Origin: Paraspadella gotoi
Lineage: Eukaryota; Animalia; Chaetognatha
Assembly (NCBI GenBank): GCA_051294375.1
Contig: CM119264.1
Coordinates: forward strand, 18,045,729 to 18,109,728
Length of the DNA stretch: 64,000 bases
Direction of reading: 5' to 3'
Part shown: piece by piece, positions 38,601-51,099 of the stretch
Layout: each line of letters starts with the position of its first letter
Position numbering within the stretch: the first letter of the stretch is position 1
Translations under genes and position numbers: made by a program
Notes under the pieces: generated by a model
The model's database searches: none
The model's input: only the letters and a program-made list of their open reading frames with translations
Told to the model about the DNA's origin: nothing

Positions 38601-39690
38601 CAAGGATGGAAACGACAAACAAAAGGCATACGTAGAAAAATCCCTTCCACACGTATTCGTCGGGATGTTGCGCAGTAGCTGCTCGGCTTCTGTCCAAGAC
38701 GTGACTGATCAACCAACCAAGGCAGATCGGCTTAAAAAGACGAAGAGGCCTCAATGCGAGTCGCAGGACGAAAAGCGCCACCAATCGCGTTTTGTAACTT
38801 CCCATCAGAGTTCCAACAGAGGGATGAAGATTCGGTTCCTTTCGGCTTTTCGCGTAATCTTTGTACCGACGCAAAAGCGTCGCAGTCTGGTAATCTATTG
38901 GCACTGGATCCAAATCTTTTATTACAAAAGTCTTCCGTATTCCTTTCCACAGCGTGGGCACCACCCACAGAAAGGACCACCGGGAAAAGGCGCAGGCTCT
39001 CTCGTATCGTCCTCCGCGTCGCCACAAACTCGTCGAGCATTCCGAGAGGATGAGTAAGAGAGAAATAAGCGCAGCCGTATAAGCGATCGCTGCGAGCGCA
39101 TCGTCAACGCTTGAACCTCCGAGCTCCCGTCGCGCGTAATGCTGTAGCGGGAGCAGCTGGCAGCAAAACGTTAAGCTCCAATAGACGAGGGAAACGGCGC
39201 CGGTTTCGAAAGAGTCGTCACGACGCCGGCCGTAAATGAGCGACGTCGCCGCGACAGAGGAAATCAGCGCCGCCGACGGATTGACAAAAACCCCAACGGA
39301 ATAAAAAAATGGCGGGAAAATTTGACGGGAAAACGCGAGGGCGAGGTTGATGCGCACAGCGAGTTTCAGGACGAGATTGCTGAGGAAGATTAAACAGAGA
39401 CAGAGTTGCACAGTGGTCAGGATATTTTTAAATTTCAATCGTTTGACGTCGTCGTCGTTTTTGTCGTTGGCTTCATCTTCGAATGTCTTCCATCTGCAAT
39501 GAACCAGTCTCGGTCGATAAATGATGAGAGCGACGGCGATGAAAACCAATGGAACCAAAGATGGAACCATATCAATGAAGCAAAGAGTCAAATCAGGTCG
39601 GTCTGTCTTCCATGAGACTTCGGTGTCCCAGAAAGGATTGTCGTTGCAATAATCGCCGAAGTAGAATTTGGTTGTCGAGTTAGAAGTCAT
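35665..39690 (-). CDS. ABCC1: ABC transporter subfamily C, long MRP1-like type (TMD0-L0-TMD1-NBD1-TMD2-NBD2), coding exon 1 (1342 codons)
   Basis: N-terminus YCNDNPFWDTEVSWKTDRPDLTLCF resembles the MRP1 TMD0 start. L0/lasso-like motif AFSRWSFLWVVPTLWKG. NBD1 has Walker A GSVGSGKS (37687-37710), signature LSGGQ (37426-37440) and Walker B LYLLDD. TMD2 has FFDTVPLGRIMNRFSSD. NBD2 has Walker A GRTGAGKS (35866-35889) and IIPQDP. The exon ends at donor AAG|GTAAGG. The first 63 aa of the track ORF are a (CT)n read-through, so ATG 39690 is taken as the start. The symbol denotes family resemblance; orthology is not established. Confidence 0.95.
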
Positions 39691-39704
39691 GATTGGGAGG
39701 TTTG

Positions 39705-39730
39705 CTGTGCGGGGAAAATGAGAAGCGGGA
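39705..39730 (-). other. Probable splice acceptor of a 5'-UTR intron, 14 nt upstream of the ABCC start codon
   Basis: The minus strand reads cttctcattttccccgcacag|caaacctcccaatcATG: a pyrimidine tract plus CAG, preceded by a long (CT)n. Confidence 0.55.
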
Positions 39731-39759
39731 GAGTGAGAAAGAGAGAGAGTATTTAAGAT

Positions 39760-39831
<72 letters not shown>

Positions 39832-40180
39832 ACAGAGATAGGGAAGAGAGATAAAGAGGGAAAAGAGAAAGAGATTCATAGAGAGTTCCTAATTCTTGCA
39901 AGTACAATTAAAATTAAATTAAAAGAATTGGCGAAAAGAGAGAGAGAGAGAGAGATAGAGAGAGTGAGAGAGAGAAAGAGATAGAGTGAGAGAGAAAGAG
40001 AGAAAGAGAGAGAATGAGAGACAGAGAGAGGATAAATACATAAGTTAGAAAAAAAAAGGGAAAGGCCATTTCAAATTCCAGTTTAATATCAATTTTAATA
40101 TTTTTAGAAAGACACAGAAACTGGAATGATTTGACTCGATTTTTGAATATTCCGGTTTTTCTTTTCATTGGATTTTCGTC

Positions 40181-40215
<35 letters not shown>

Positions 40216-40281
40216 CTTTTAACCGATATAAGAAAACACTCTAAGTAGAATTTTACTTTACCTTGATTGTAAAAAGGGCTA

Positions 40282-40550
40282 TCTTTTACCAGGCCGCCCC
40301 ATTTCTGTTCTTTTATTCCTCAAATTTTTTTAAAGTTGAATATTTAATCTAAATTTATTTTTAAACTTATAACTCAATCCTAAACCTTAATCACCTAACC
40401 ATAATCTAATCCAAAACCCTAATGCTAAACCCTTTATCTATAATTTTTAACCTTATCCCCTAACCTTATACCCAATCCTCAACCCTAATCACTAACCTAA
40501 TCCCTAATCTAAATGCAAACATTAACTTAATCTTTAACTAAAAAAAAAAT
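40282..40550. mobile_element. Solo arm of the same TTAGGG-like foldback family
   Basis: Colinear with the reverse complement of 34490-34768, e.g. aatatttaatctaaatttatttttaaacttataactcaatcc vs aatatttaacgtaaacatgttttttaacttataaaccaatcc, followed by CCCTAA-like units. Confidence 0.65.
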
Positions 40551-40597
40551 CTTAAAAGTATAGTGATCTCGCCAGTTTTTACTATCAAAGAAAATTA

Positions 40598-41280
40598 CAT
40601 AATCTAATTTGCATATTGCAGTAAATCATAATTAAATGGAAATTCAAACAAAAAATATTTGAATCGATATGAAACAAAGAAAATGGACACAAATTTCAAC
40701 TTCCTCACTGCCTCACTAATGAAACTCGATAACTAGATAGTTAAAAGTCGAAAAAATGGTGCAAGTTAAAAAAATTATGTAAGTTAAAAAAATTATGCAA
40801 GTATAAAAATTATGCAAGTTGAAAAAATTATGCAAGTCAAAAAAATTATGCAAGTTGAAAAAATTATGCAAGTTGAAAAAATTATGCAAGTTAAAAAAAT
40901 TATGCAAGTTGAAAAAATTATACAAGTTGAAAAAATTATGCAAGTTAAAAAATAATGCAAGTTGCAAAAAATTATGCAAATTGAAAAAAATATGCAAGTT
41001 GAAAAAATTATGCAAGTTGAAAAAATTATGCAAGTTAAGAAATTATGCAAGTTAAAAAATTATGCAGTTAAAAATTATGCAAGTTAAAAAATTATGCAAG
41101 TTAAAAAATAATGCAAGTTAAAAAATTATGCAAGTTAAAAATTATGCAAGTTGAAAAAATTATGCAAGTTAAAAAAAGTATGCAAGTTGGCAAGATAAAA
41201 AGTGTGATGCCGACGAAACAACGACGACGACGACGACGACGAGTCACAAATCAGAATCAGAAGCAACAGCGACGAGAAAA
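40598..41280 (+). mobile_element. Copy 1 of an interspersed element (conserved ~70-bp head, variable middle with the 18-bp array, (GAC)n tail)
   Basis: The head ataatctaatttgcatattgcagtaaatcataat...aattcaaacaaaaaata is shared with 43396-43470. Both copies end in gtga...(gac)n...agaagcaa. Confidence 0.5.
40750..41190. repeat. 18-bp tandem repeat (TGCAAGTTGAAAAAATTA)n, about 24 copies
   Basis: Directly visible; it generates the spurious KLKKLC and NLHNFF ORFs. Confidence 0.95.
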
Positions 41281-41457
41281 AAGAGAGAGAGAGAGCAACA
41301 TATAATTAAAAGAGAGAGAGAGAGCTGAACTCGTCCGGGAGCCTCGGAGGTAGCGCGAGCTCCTCCCAATCCAAAGGACTCGGGTTCGTGCCCTGCTCAT
41401 TCAAAAAAAAACTTAATTAAATTGTTTTTTGTAAAAAAAAAAGGAGATAGAGAGAGA

Positions 41458-41489
<32 letters not shown>

Positions 41490-41507
41490 AAAAGAGGGAG
41501 AGAGAGT

Positions 41508-41546
<39 letters not shown>

Positions 41547-41730
41547 CCCACCAACGAGACGTATTATTAAGTCACTCTCGTTTATATCGGTTATCCGTTG
41601 CCTCGCAACGGCGTCGTGAAATTGGGTCATGTTGATTTTTTTTATACATGTAACGCGTTATTAGGTCATGTTCCTCGACATTGTTTACTCGCAACGACCA
41701 CGAAATCTAGGTCAAGTAAGTTATTGTATT

Positions 41731-43260
41731 TTGGGATTTTGTATTGAGATAAAATAATAAATGGCGATAATAAAAGTTTTTAGAAGGAAAAAAAATAATC
41801 AGAATTTTTAAAAAAACGAACGATCACGCAAAAGATCATACAGAGAGAGACAGACACACAGAGAGAGACAGAGAGAGACAAAGAGAGAGACACACACCGA
41901 GAGACAGAAAGAGAGACAGAGAGAGAGACAGAGTGAGACCGCAAACAAATATTTAGAACGTGATAGAAATAAAATTATAATCCCTATTAACAAAATATAT
42001 AGTTGACAATACTCAGTTAACGACTATGATATTTTTGATTTCCAAATATTTTTTTTACTTATCAAAAAAAATTTTATTTCCTCATTTTAATAAATTTTAA
42101 TCTTGAATGAAATTTTTGATTGTTCTTTTTTTAGGAAGAAACCAGACCGAGGTCAATTTTATATTTGCATATTTAATTAATTTACAAATAGTTAACAAAA
42201 CTCAAATAATTATTATTTAAAAAAAAGATAAAAATGATTTAATATATACACTAAAAATATTTATACATTTAATAATAGTACAAATTATCAGAATAACAAA
42301 AAAGTAATGTTTAATTTGACTATATTAGAGCCAAACCTCGTCAATGGGGTGGGTCAGAAGTTTGATTTGGGAACCTTTCCAAATAAAACTTCATACATTT
42401 CTGAGAAAACTTTCAATGGAGCAAAATTTTCTAAAATGGCAAGAAGCATTAGTAATTAATTTTTTAATATTTATTTATAGATAGGAAATGTAAAAAATTT
42501 TTTTTGAATTTTTTATTTTTAAAAGCAGAATCAAATAGCTTATGAAAAGTTATCTACACAAAGTATAATTCTTTTTCCAATATTTTGATGATAAGTGGGT
42601 TTAAATTGAGAAAAACCTTAAAAAATCATCATCATCATCATCATCCGATGATTTTAGCAGTTTTTACTAATTTTTAGTAATAAAACATCAAAATTTTAAA
42701 AAGTTGTAATTATATTTTTTGCTTAACAGAATCAATTAAAAAACTTAAAATATCCAAAAAAAAATTTTGACATTATATAGCAATATAATAATATTAATTA
42801 GCGAATTACTCATGGTTCGGAACATTTTTGCAAAAAAATATTTTAACACAATAATTAAAACCAATAATGGATTAGTTTAATGCTGTTCCCATTAAAATTT
42901 GAATTTGGTCGGCTACCGCTAACTATATCTCTCTTCTCGACTCCTATTTTAGATATAATTTGCTAAAAGTGGGCCGACCGGTCCAAAGTTACAGTAATAA
43001 ATAAAAACAAAAAAAAATTATTTTCTTAGAAAATAGATACATACATACATACAGGTATCGCCTACCTGTCACATTAGCTGATGCACATGTGACATTGCAT
43101 GTCATTTTAAGTTATTTTTCACTTTAACTAAAATGTAAACACGAAAATCTCGGATGTAAATTTGGGATTTTGTATTAAAAAAATGGCGATAATAAGAGTT
43201 TTTAAAAGGAAAAATATAATCCGAATTTTTCAAAAAAACGAACGATCACGCAAGAGATCG

Positions 43261-43270
<10 letters not shown>
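41731..43270 (+). repeat. Pair of diverged ~110-130-bp direct repeats (41731-41860 and 43162-43270), each running into an AG-type tract
   Basis: ttgggattttgtatt...aaatggcgataataa.agttttta...aaaaaaacgaacgatcacgcaa.agatc.tacagagagaga occurs at both sites. Confidence 0.8.
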
Positions 43271-43334
<64 letters not shown>

Positions 43335-43395
43335 GAAAGATAGATAGAGAGAGAGAGAGAGATATATATACTAATTTGGATATTATAATGAGTAC

Positions 43396-43715
43396 TATAA
43401 TCTAATTTGCATATTGCAGTAAATCATAATGAAGTTGAAATTCAAACAAAAAATACTTAAATCCAAATGTAATAAGAAAATATCAAAGCTATTTCAAAAT
43501 AAGAAGCCATATCTAAATTTTTAACTTACTATGATTGCACACTTTCGTAAAACTTTATCATAATTCATAATAATTTTTATTTAAAAAAAAAGGTAAGTCA
43601 CAGCCAAACCTATAAAAGCGTAGTAGTTTTTATATAAAAACAGCGTGACGGACGACGACGACGACGACGTCGCCGTCGCCGTCGCCGTCGCAAAGAAGCA
43701 ATCCTAAATCATTTG
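43396..43715 (+). mobile_element. Copy 2 of the same interspersed element, without the 18-bp array
   Basis: Same head as 40598-40670; the tail is aaaacagcgtgacggacgacgacgac...gcaaagaagcaatcc. Confidence 0.5.
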
Positions 43716-44310
43716 ATAATCATTTAATAATTTGATTCAAAATTTAAGATGAAATGGGAAGTTCTGGGAAAATAAGGCGAAAAAGGCTACTTAACTTTAT
43801 TTTTTTTTAATTATCGCCTTTAAGTTTTGAGTCACCATAATTGTTTTCTTTTTTTGGGCGTCATTCGAGGGGAAAGAAAAAAAAGATAATAAAATAAAAC
43901 CTGATTTCATTGGGAGTTGAGCTTTTTTCTTTTTTTTTTTTAATAATTTTTTTTTTTAACTAAGAGCGTGAATTGCTTTAAAAAATATATCAAGGAAAAT
44001 TAAAGAAATAAAACAAAATCCTTTAAGCGGCCACCGGTATAGGACCTCGGACCTAAACCCTAACCAAAATTCAGAATCTTAAATCGTAAACTAATCTTTA
44101 ACTCGAGGCTGAAATACAGATAGGATGCTTTTAGAAAATATGGAAAAAATTTGGACTAAATTAAATTAAAACTGTTCAAGGTCACACTCCCTCTCTCTCT
44201 CTCTCTTTTTCTTTTCCAGCGGTGTATTCATTTTATAAATTTCATAAATCTAATAGATCGAGCAGAAAGAGAGAGAAAGAGAAAAACTTTAAAATTTGTT
44301 AAAAAAAATC

Positions 44311-44990
44311 AAGTAAATGTGACATATATTTTTTTCAATTTCAACCTATTTCCACTCGGACAATTCCATCGAAACTTTATATACGGCTCAATCACACACT
44401 TTCCTAACAACACACAAACTTTCATATCAGTCCAACTACCCAATAATGATTAATTAGAGCAAATATGAGTTAATACAAGTGAAAAGCTTCTGGTAAATGT
44501 GTCTTATATTTTTTTCATTTAAACTCATTTCCACTTGCACGATTCAATTAAAAATTTTGTTCAGCTTAATCACACACTTTCCTACCAACATACATAATTT
44601 AATCTTAATCAATCCATCCATTGCATAAGTTCACCCCGCGTATAAGCGTGACACCTTCAGTCTTGTCCCCGTGGCTCATTGTGTAAAGCCGTCAGCTCAT
44701 GACCCTAAGGTACCGGATTCAATCCCAACCCGGTATCAACCCGTAAGCCGGCTTGGCGCCCTGGCAAGTATGGTTCTTATCCCATGGCTGCTTCCTTATC
44801 CACACTTTCACCAGTCATTCGAGATTAATTCTAAGTGGGAACTGACATACGGACGGACGGACCGAAAGACATGCTTGATTTTTAGTAATTCGGTGTTCTA
44901 AGATGATTTAGGTGTATGACCGACCAAATTATGGGTGGCGACCGACAGACCGACAAAGTGGATTATAGAGTATCCGACTATAAAATAAAA
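44311..44990 (+). mobile_element. Non-autonomous Helentron/HINE (DINE-1-like) repeat hosting the SINE
   Basis: Two diverged units about 180 bp apart (from about 44311 and 44491; both contain gtaaatgtg..tatattttttt..tttccact..aatcacacactttccta.caaca). These are followed by an (ACGG)n/(GACC)-type microsatellite and an A-rich end (gacaaagtggattatagagtatccgactataaaataaaa). Family assignment rests on architecture only. Confidence 0.45.
44654..44847 (+). mobile_element. tRNA-derived SINE-like insertion
   Basis: A-box-like GTGGCTCATTGTG and B-box-like GGATTCAATCCC with tRNA spacing. CTCATGA sits at the anticodon-loop position, but the stems are decayed. A unique body follows. Candidate 5-bp TSD TGACA at 44649-44653 and 44843-44847. 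Confidence 0.65.
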
Positions 44991-45724
44991 CTGCCTTTGA
45001 TATCGAACAAAACTTTTCGTTGTTAAATGTAGAAGCCGTCAATAGAGATCCGTGGAAAACGATTTCACCAAAAGAAAAGTGGAACAAAGACGACAACAAC
45101 GACAACTGCAAGGGGACTCACTAAGGCGGGTCATGAAAAAGCCCCGACGGAGAAAGAGACGAAAATAGAAGGAAATTCTTCGGCGTTTGTTTTGGTTGGC
45201 GAGAAAATCCATTCTCATGCAAAATCACTCTTTCCCTTTTTTCCCAGATTCTCTACTCCCTTTCTCCATCTCCCAGAGTCTGGCTTTCTTTGTGATTCTC
45301 ATCGTTTTCTTTTTATTCCTCCATTTGCCCATTTGACTTTTTTTCTTTTTTTCACCCAACCACTTTCTACTTATTGACTTTATTAAAGCGTTGACGTTAA
45401 TTTTTTTCGTCGTCAAGATTTTTATGCTTCATAATATGAACCAAAGTTTTTTTTCCCCTACATTTTATCCTATTGATGTTTAAAAGTCGAAGAACAATAG
45501 TTGTCACGAAACCCCGTAAATAATAATCGAGTTTTTTTTCAAATGGCGACTGTTACTCGAGAACTAATATTCCTTGTTCTCTGTCTCCCGCAACTCAATC
45601 ATTTCTCTTATCCCGCATCCAAGGTTTTCCCACCTGCTTCCTCATTCCTTCATATCCTTTTTCACTCTTCATTTTTCCTCGTCATCTTCTCTTCTTTGAT
45701 AAAAAAATATTCCTTGAAATTTCT

Positions 45725-45813
<89 letters not shown>

Positions 45814-47189
45814 CTCTGCCTTTCCCAGGGGATCTATGAGGTGTTTATCTTCATTCTAGTAACCTTCCTTCACTTCAATACCTTTTTTCATTCTTTACTT
45901 TTTCTCTCAATTTTTTTCGCTGTTATTTTTTACGTCAATTTTTAGTCCTTGCTTTATTATTTCTTTGTTTTCCTGTCTCCTTATAAATTTAGTATTTTTT
46001 TTTCCATTTTTTTTCTTCTTAAACCTCTTTATTTCCCTATTTCTATTATTATTCAGATTTTATTCAGATTTTTTATTCAGATTTTACAAATTCAACCCCT
46101 AAAGTTGAAAAAAGTCACGAAATCGTTCTTCATTTTTTGTTTCTTTTGTTTCTCTTTCTCAATAGATGTTTTAGGTTAAACAATCATCACTGTTTTAATC
46201 AGGCTTTTCTTTGCTTTCACCTTCTCACCTCACTTTTTTCTCACCTTCATTTTCACCTTCGCTTTTTCAACGCGCGCCGCAGATTTATTTAGATTTTTTA
46301 AAATCAAAATAACATCTAACATTTGATATTGGTTGTACCAATTTTATCTCTTTATGAGGGAAGGATCGTTTAAAGGGTTATCGGCTTGATTATTTTGTAT
46401 AATTGACATTTTTATTTTTATTTTTATTCTTGTGTCGTCCGCCCGAAAAAATCTGTTCACATCCTCTTCTCAAGCGAAGCACTATACTTTAACCCCATCC
46501 ACATTCGCTTCGATCTCTTCCTCTCTTTTCTCCTTCCTTGATTAGGGATGACATCAAACACAAGTTTATTCTCTTCCTCTAGAAATTGTAACCAATTTTT
46601 TTAAATGTTCAACAGTCTCGCTCAAACGGACACACACTTAAACCCGAACATTTTAAACTCATTTGTACTCGGACCTAAAACCTTTCCATCACACTTGCAC
46701 CCTGTAGTCATTTTCTGAAACTTTCTCACTCTGCGACTTCTCTTCTCTCTCCCCCCCCCATTTTCTCTCTCCCCCACCTTCTATCCCCTTTCAAATCCCA
46801 TGCCCCGTCCCTTGGCTCGGCGACGGTGAGACAACATCTTGTCTCTGCTGATGAGATGAACTTTTTACTTCCCCTTGTATATGTCATTAACTTCCTTTCC
46901 TCCCTCCGCCAACCTACTTTCCTTCCTACTTTTAGACTCGACAACAACGACAACGACGACGACAACGACGACGACAACGACCAAACCGAGGCGAGAAAGA
47001 GAGAGAGAAAAAAAAAGGGAACAGGAGGAGAAAAAAAAAAGCTTTGCTCTTGTCAAATGAGACAGAAAAAAGCAAAGGATTAAAAAGGGAAAGAGAAAGA
47101 GAGAAAGAGAGATAGAAAAAAAATCGTCTTTCCCGTTCTCTTCTTTTTTCCTTTTTTATCGCCGACCATGATCGGTTAGGGAGATTATG

Positions 47190-47313
<124 letters not shown>

Positions 47314-48062
47314 TTTGGAGGGAAGAAAATCGTTTGGGTAATTTTTCTTTTCAAAACATCCCGATTTCAGTCGGCGAAGAGAAGAAGACGATGTGAGGAT
47401 AAAACCCGAGCGAATAACTGATCCATTTTTGGGTGGAATTCCGAGACGCGATTCATGACCCGGGGCCGGCGGGGGATGCGGCGCAGAGGGCGCGGCGGGC
47501 GTCCCGGCATTGAAGAAATCTCTGCGCTCAACGTTAATGAAAAAACGGGACATTCAACGAACGACATCCTGGATTTTTAATTTCTTGCGTCTCGAAAAAT
47601 CATGTTTCTTCTTTTTTATTCTTTTCGTATTTTTCAAGTTGTAGTTTAGGTTTCTTTTTAGAAACTGAAAGAGTACATTGACCAATGATCATTCACTAGG
47701 TCACTTCTCTCCATGATAATCAATTTCTCTCCTAATAAGACCGCCTTCAATTCCGTTCCAATTTCTTTTTCTCCAATGTTTCCTTTTCTCTTCTTTCTTT
47801 CTCCCTTTTTTCTTCACCGATCCTCACTTTCCATCGTTCCTTCCCCTCTATTTCTTCCGTTCTTCTCCTCCCCCTTCCTCTCCTTTCCTCCCTTTTCCTT
47901 CCTTTCTAGCGAAAGGGAAAACGTCATTTAGTCGCGGATCTTATTGTCGTCGTTTTTGTGGCGGCTTCTGTTTGTTGTTCCAAATTCGCTCCTGACTTTG
48001 ACTCCACTTTTGGCCGCGCAGCCCTCAACGGCTCTTTCGTCCCATTTCACCGTCGCTAGCAC

Positions 48063-48150
<88 letters not shown>

Positions 48151-49248
48151 TTCTCTCTCTCTCTTTCTCATCTCTTCTCTCTCACTTTTTTCTTTCTTTT
48201 TGGCTTTGTTTCATTATTTTTTTTTCCTTCCTGCTATTTCTTTTACGACTTTGGGTTTTCTGCTTCATTTTGTTTTTTAGTCTTATTTGTTTGTTTACAA
48301 GTTTACTTGTTTGTTTATTTTTTGTATTTGTCGTTTGTTTGTGCTCGCCCCTTTCTTTCCGGCTCTGCGTCGTTCCTTTTTTTCCCCCTCTTCCTTTCGT
48401 TTTCGTTCCTTTTCCTTCCTTATTTTCTCTTCCTTCTCTTTGAAAACCTCTCAAGTTGTCAGTTGACTCACGCCTCACCCCGCAGGCATTCATCTTCTTG
48501 ACAAAAAGCGATGCGGTCTGCCGGGTCCCTTCCCGCCACCCGCGCGCTGCCTCCATTCCTCTCGGTCCCGTGATCCCCTTTAACTCACCCGTGGTTGCCG
48601 AGTTCATTTGCGTTTGTTGGTGAGGAAGGGCGCTCCGCTCAAGTCACACGCTTTCCCGTTTTTAATTCACCCTTCCCTAGTTTATTAAAAAAAATGCTCT
48701 TTTTTAGACGTATATATTAAAAAATATATACATAAATTATATCAAATAATATTTAATATTAAATTATTTGAAGTTGTTAGAATCAATTGGTGATCCTACC
48801 GAAGCTTAGACTTTTATATTTAGGGATAAATTTAACTTTCTTTATTTTATTATTACTTCCTTACATACTTATTTTATTTGGAGACGGCCGAAAGCTTTGA
48901 GGCGAAATGACGGCGGAACGATCCAAGTCTCGCCAAGTCTCTTGCTCTTCCTCCTCCTCTTTCTCGTCCTCAACTTCCCATATATACTTTTTCTCCCTTT
49001 TTAATCTTTCTAACTTTTTCCTTTTTTTCATCACATGTATTATGTTGTGCAATTTTGCTACGGAAATCGCATCTGGCGAAACCGCGAGGCCGATTCGGAC
49101 CAAAATGCCAGGGAAAAAAGTTGTGACGAATTAAGTGACTCGGTTATATCTATATATATATAATTATATATATCTATACATAGATCTGAGAGAGAGAGAG
49201 AGAGAGAGAGAATAGAGAGAAGAGAAGAGAGAGAGAGAGAGAAGAGAG

Positions 49249-49299
<51 letters not shown>

Positions 49300-49738
49300 A
49301 GAGAGAGAGAGAGAAGCAATTTTGGTTATTTGGATTTTAATAAAACTGTCCACTGGACAGTGGCCACTAATATCTAAATTTTTAAAATGTTGATTGAAAT
49401 TTTTTTTCGAGAATTCTTATGAAATCTTTAAAAAAAATTTAAATCTCGTTGATAAAAATTATAATTTTACAAGCATCAAAATTGATAAAACACGTCTGTA
49501 ACAAATATATATATTTTATAAAAAACCTAATCACCAAAACTTCACTTATATAATACGCCTCAAAAAAGTTTAATATTTTTACCGCGAACGACTACTATAC
49601 TTTATTAAAAAAATCTTAATTTTTACTTCCCTTCCTCTTTTTTTATCTTTCATCTCTCCGCCTTCCTCGGATACTCTCAGGTAAGAAAATTAACAAAACA
49701 TTTGATACATTTTCTTTTCATCTCAATTCTATCTCTTG

Positions 49739-49807
<69 letters not shown>

Positions 49808-50549
49808 GTCGTCTCTCGTCTCTCTTCCCAATCTTCGTCGAATCTCTCTTTTGAAACCCGAAGTGAAAACCGCGCGGCGGAAAATGGAATTTGAAGGAAA
49901 CTGGAAAAAGACGTTGAGATTAGGAAAGAGGAGGAAAGACAGAAAAGACAGAAAAGCGGGGAGCTCATGCATTTCATTAAGTAACTTTGTCGTCTTTCAA
50001 TATGGTATAGTATAGACGATAGACATTAGACACATATGGGAATGTTTGTTATTTAGCAAAGAGGGGGGTATTTAAAAAATACTTTTAATTTGATTTAATT
50101 CAACGTGATTCAGTTATAAAACAAGAACTTATAAGACTTATGTAAGTGATGACAACGAGAATGAGAGACAAAGATTGTAGACTTTCAATGTTAAACATTC
50201 ATCTGATTCTGAAGGGGATTAATCCTTAATAACATTTTAATAACGAAAATAATGTTTTGGATGCAATACAGAATTTTGGAGATAGCAATATCACGATAGC
50301 AACAATGGAAAATGACTAAATTACATTAGAATTTGACGAATGTTTTCGTTAGAAACCTCTATTAATAATAATTATTTATGGTAGAGTTAAGAGGCTCTGC
50401 AATCGCCCATTTTTCATCATCTGGCGAAAAACAAAAGGTAAAAGAAGAAGAATCGAAAGAGAGGATTTTTCCAGATGGCTTCCTTTTAAGGCACAACGCT
50501 TTCCCCCCTAGAATCAACGCTCCTCATCCAAAGACGACAAAAAATGAAA

Positions 50550-50592
50550 AATGACGCAGCGTCCCGGAACCAAAACCGGAAGTGCCACGTGA
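50550..50592. promoter_or_regulatory. Promoter-like motif cluster (CRE half-site, ETS, E-box)
   Basis: TGACGCA 50552-50558, CCGGAAGTG 50576-50584 and CACGTG 50586-50591. Confidence 0.35.
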
Positions 50593-51099
50593 GGAATAGG
50601 AGGAGGAAGAGGATGAAAAGGAGGAAGAGGAAGGGGGACGAAGGATGCGGAAAATTATGAGAAGAAGGAGCAAGTTTGTCAGGATTGAATCATAATTGAT
50701 TATAGGAGAGGGAAGCGGGATGAAGAAGAGGAGTCGACAAAGGAGGAAGATGGCGAAAAGACGACGGAGAGAAGAAAAATAAAGAAAAAAAAAAAGGAAA
50801 GAAAAAAAAGGATTGATGATGAAAAGTGAAAGAGACATCACAAGCGTCGTCGTTGGTACTGGGGGGCCGATGGCTGTGAAAGGGGGAAGATTATGAAAGT
50901 AACAAAAATGTAAAATTATAATGCCATCAAAATCCAGTGATTCTATCGGGAAAAAACATTTATAGTCGTCAGCAATTATTGATTTTATCGAACTAGTGTA
51001 CAGGCTATGGTATCGTGGAGTTGGATTCATCTTTTCACTTCTTCAAAATTTCCTATTGCCTTTTTCTTCATCCATTCATCCAATCCCTTCGCCCCATTT

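Noticed and set aside
39691-39879. N-terminal 63 aa of the 1419-aa track ORF
   Set aside because: This is (CT)n read-through (SLSLSL) upstream of a probable splice acceptor; MRP similarity starts after Met 39690.
40716-41305. KLKKLC / NLHNFF repeat ORFs
   Set aside because: These come from the 18-bp satellite, with frame-breaking unit-length variants.
44665-44740. Functional tRNA-Met gene
   Set aside because: The acceptor, anticodon and T stems do not pair, the B-box is mutated (GATTC), and there is no T-run terminator. It fits a SINE head better.
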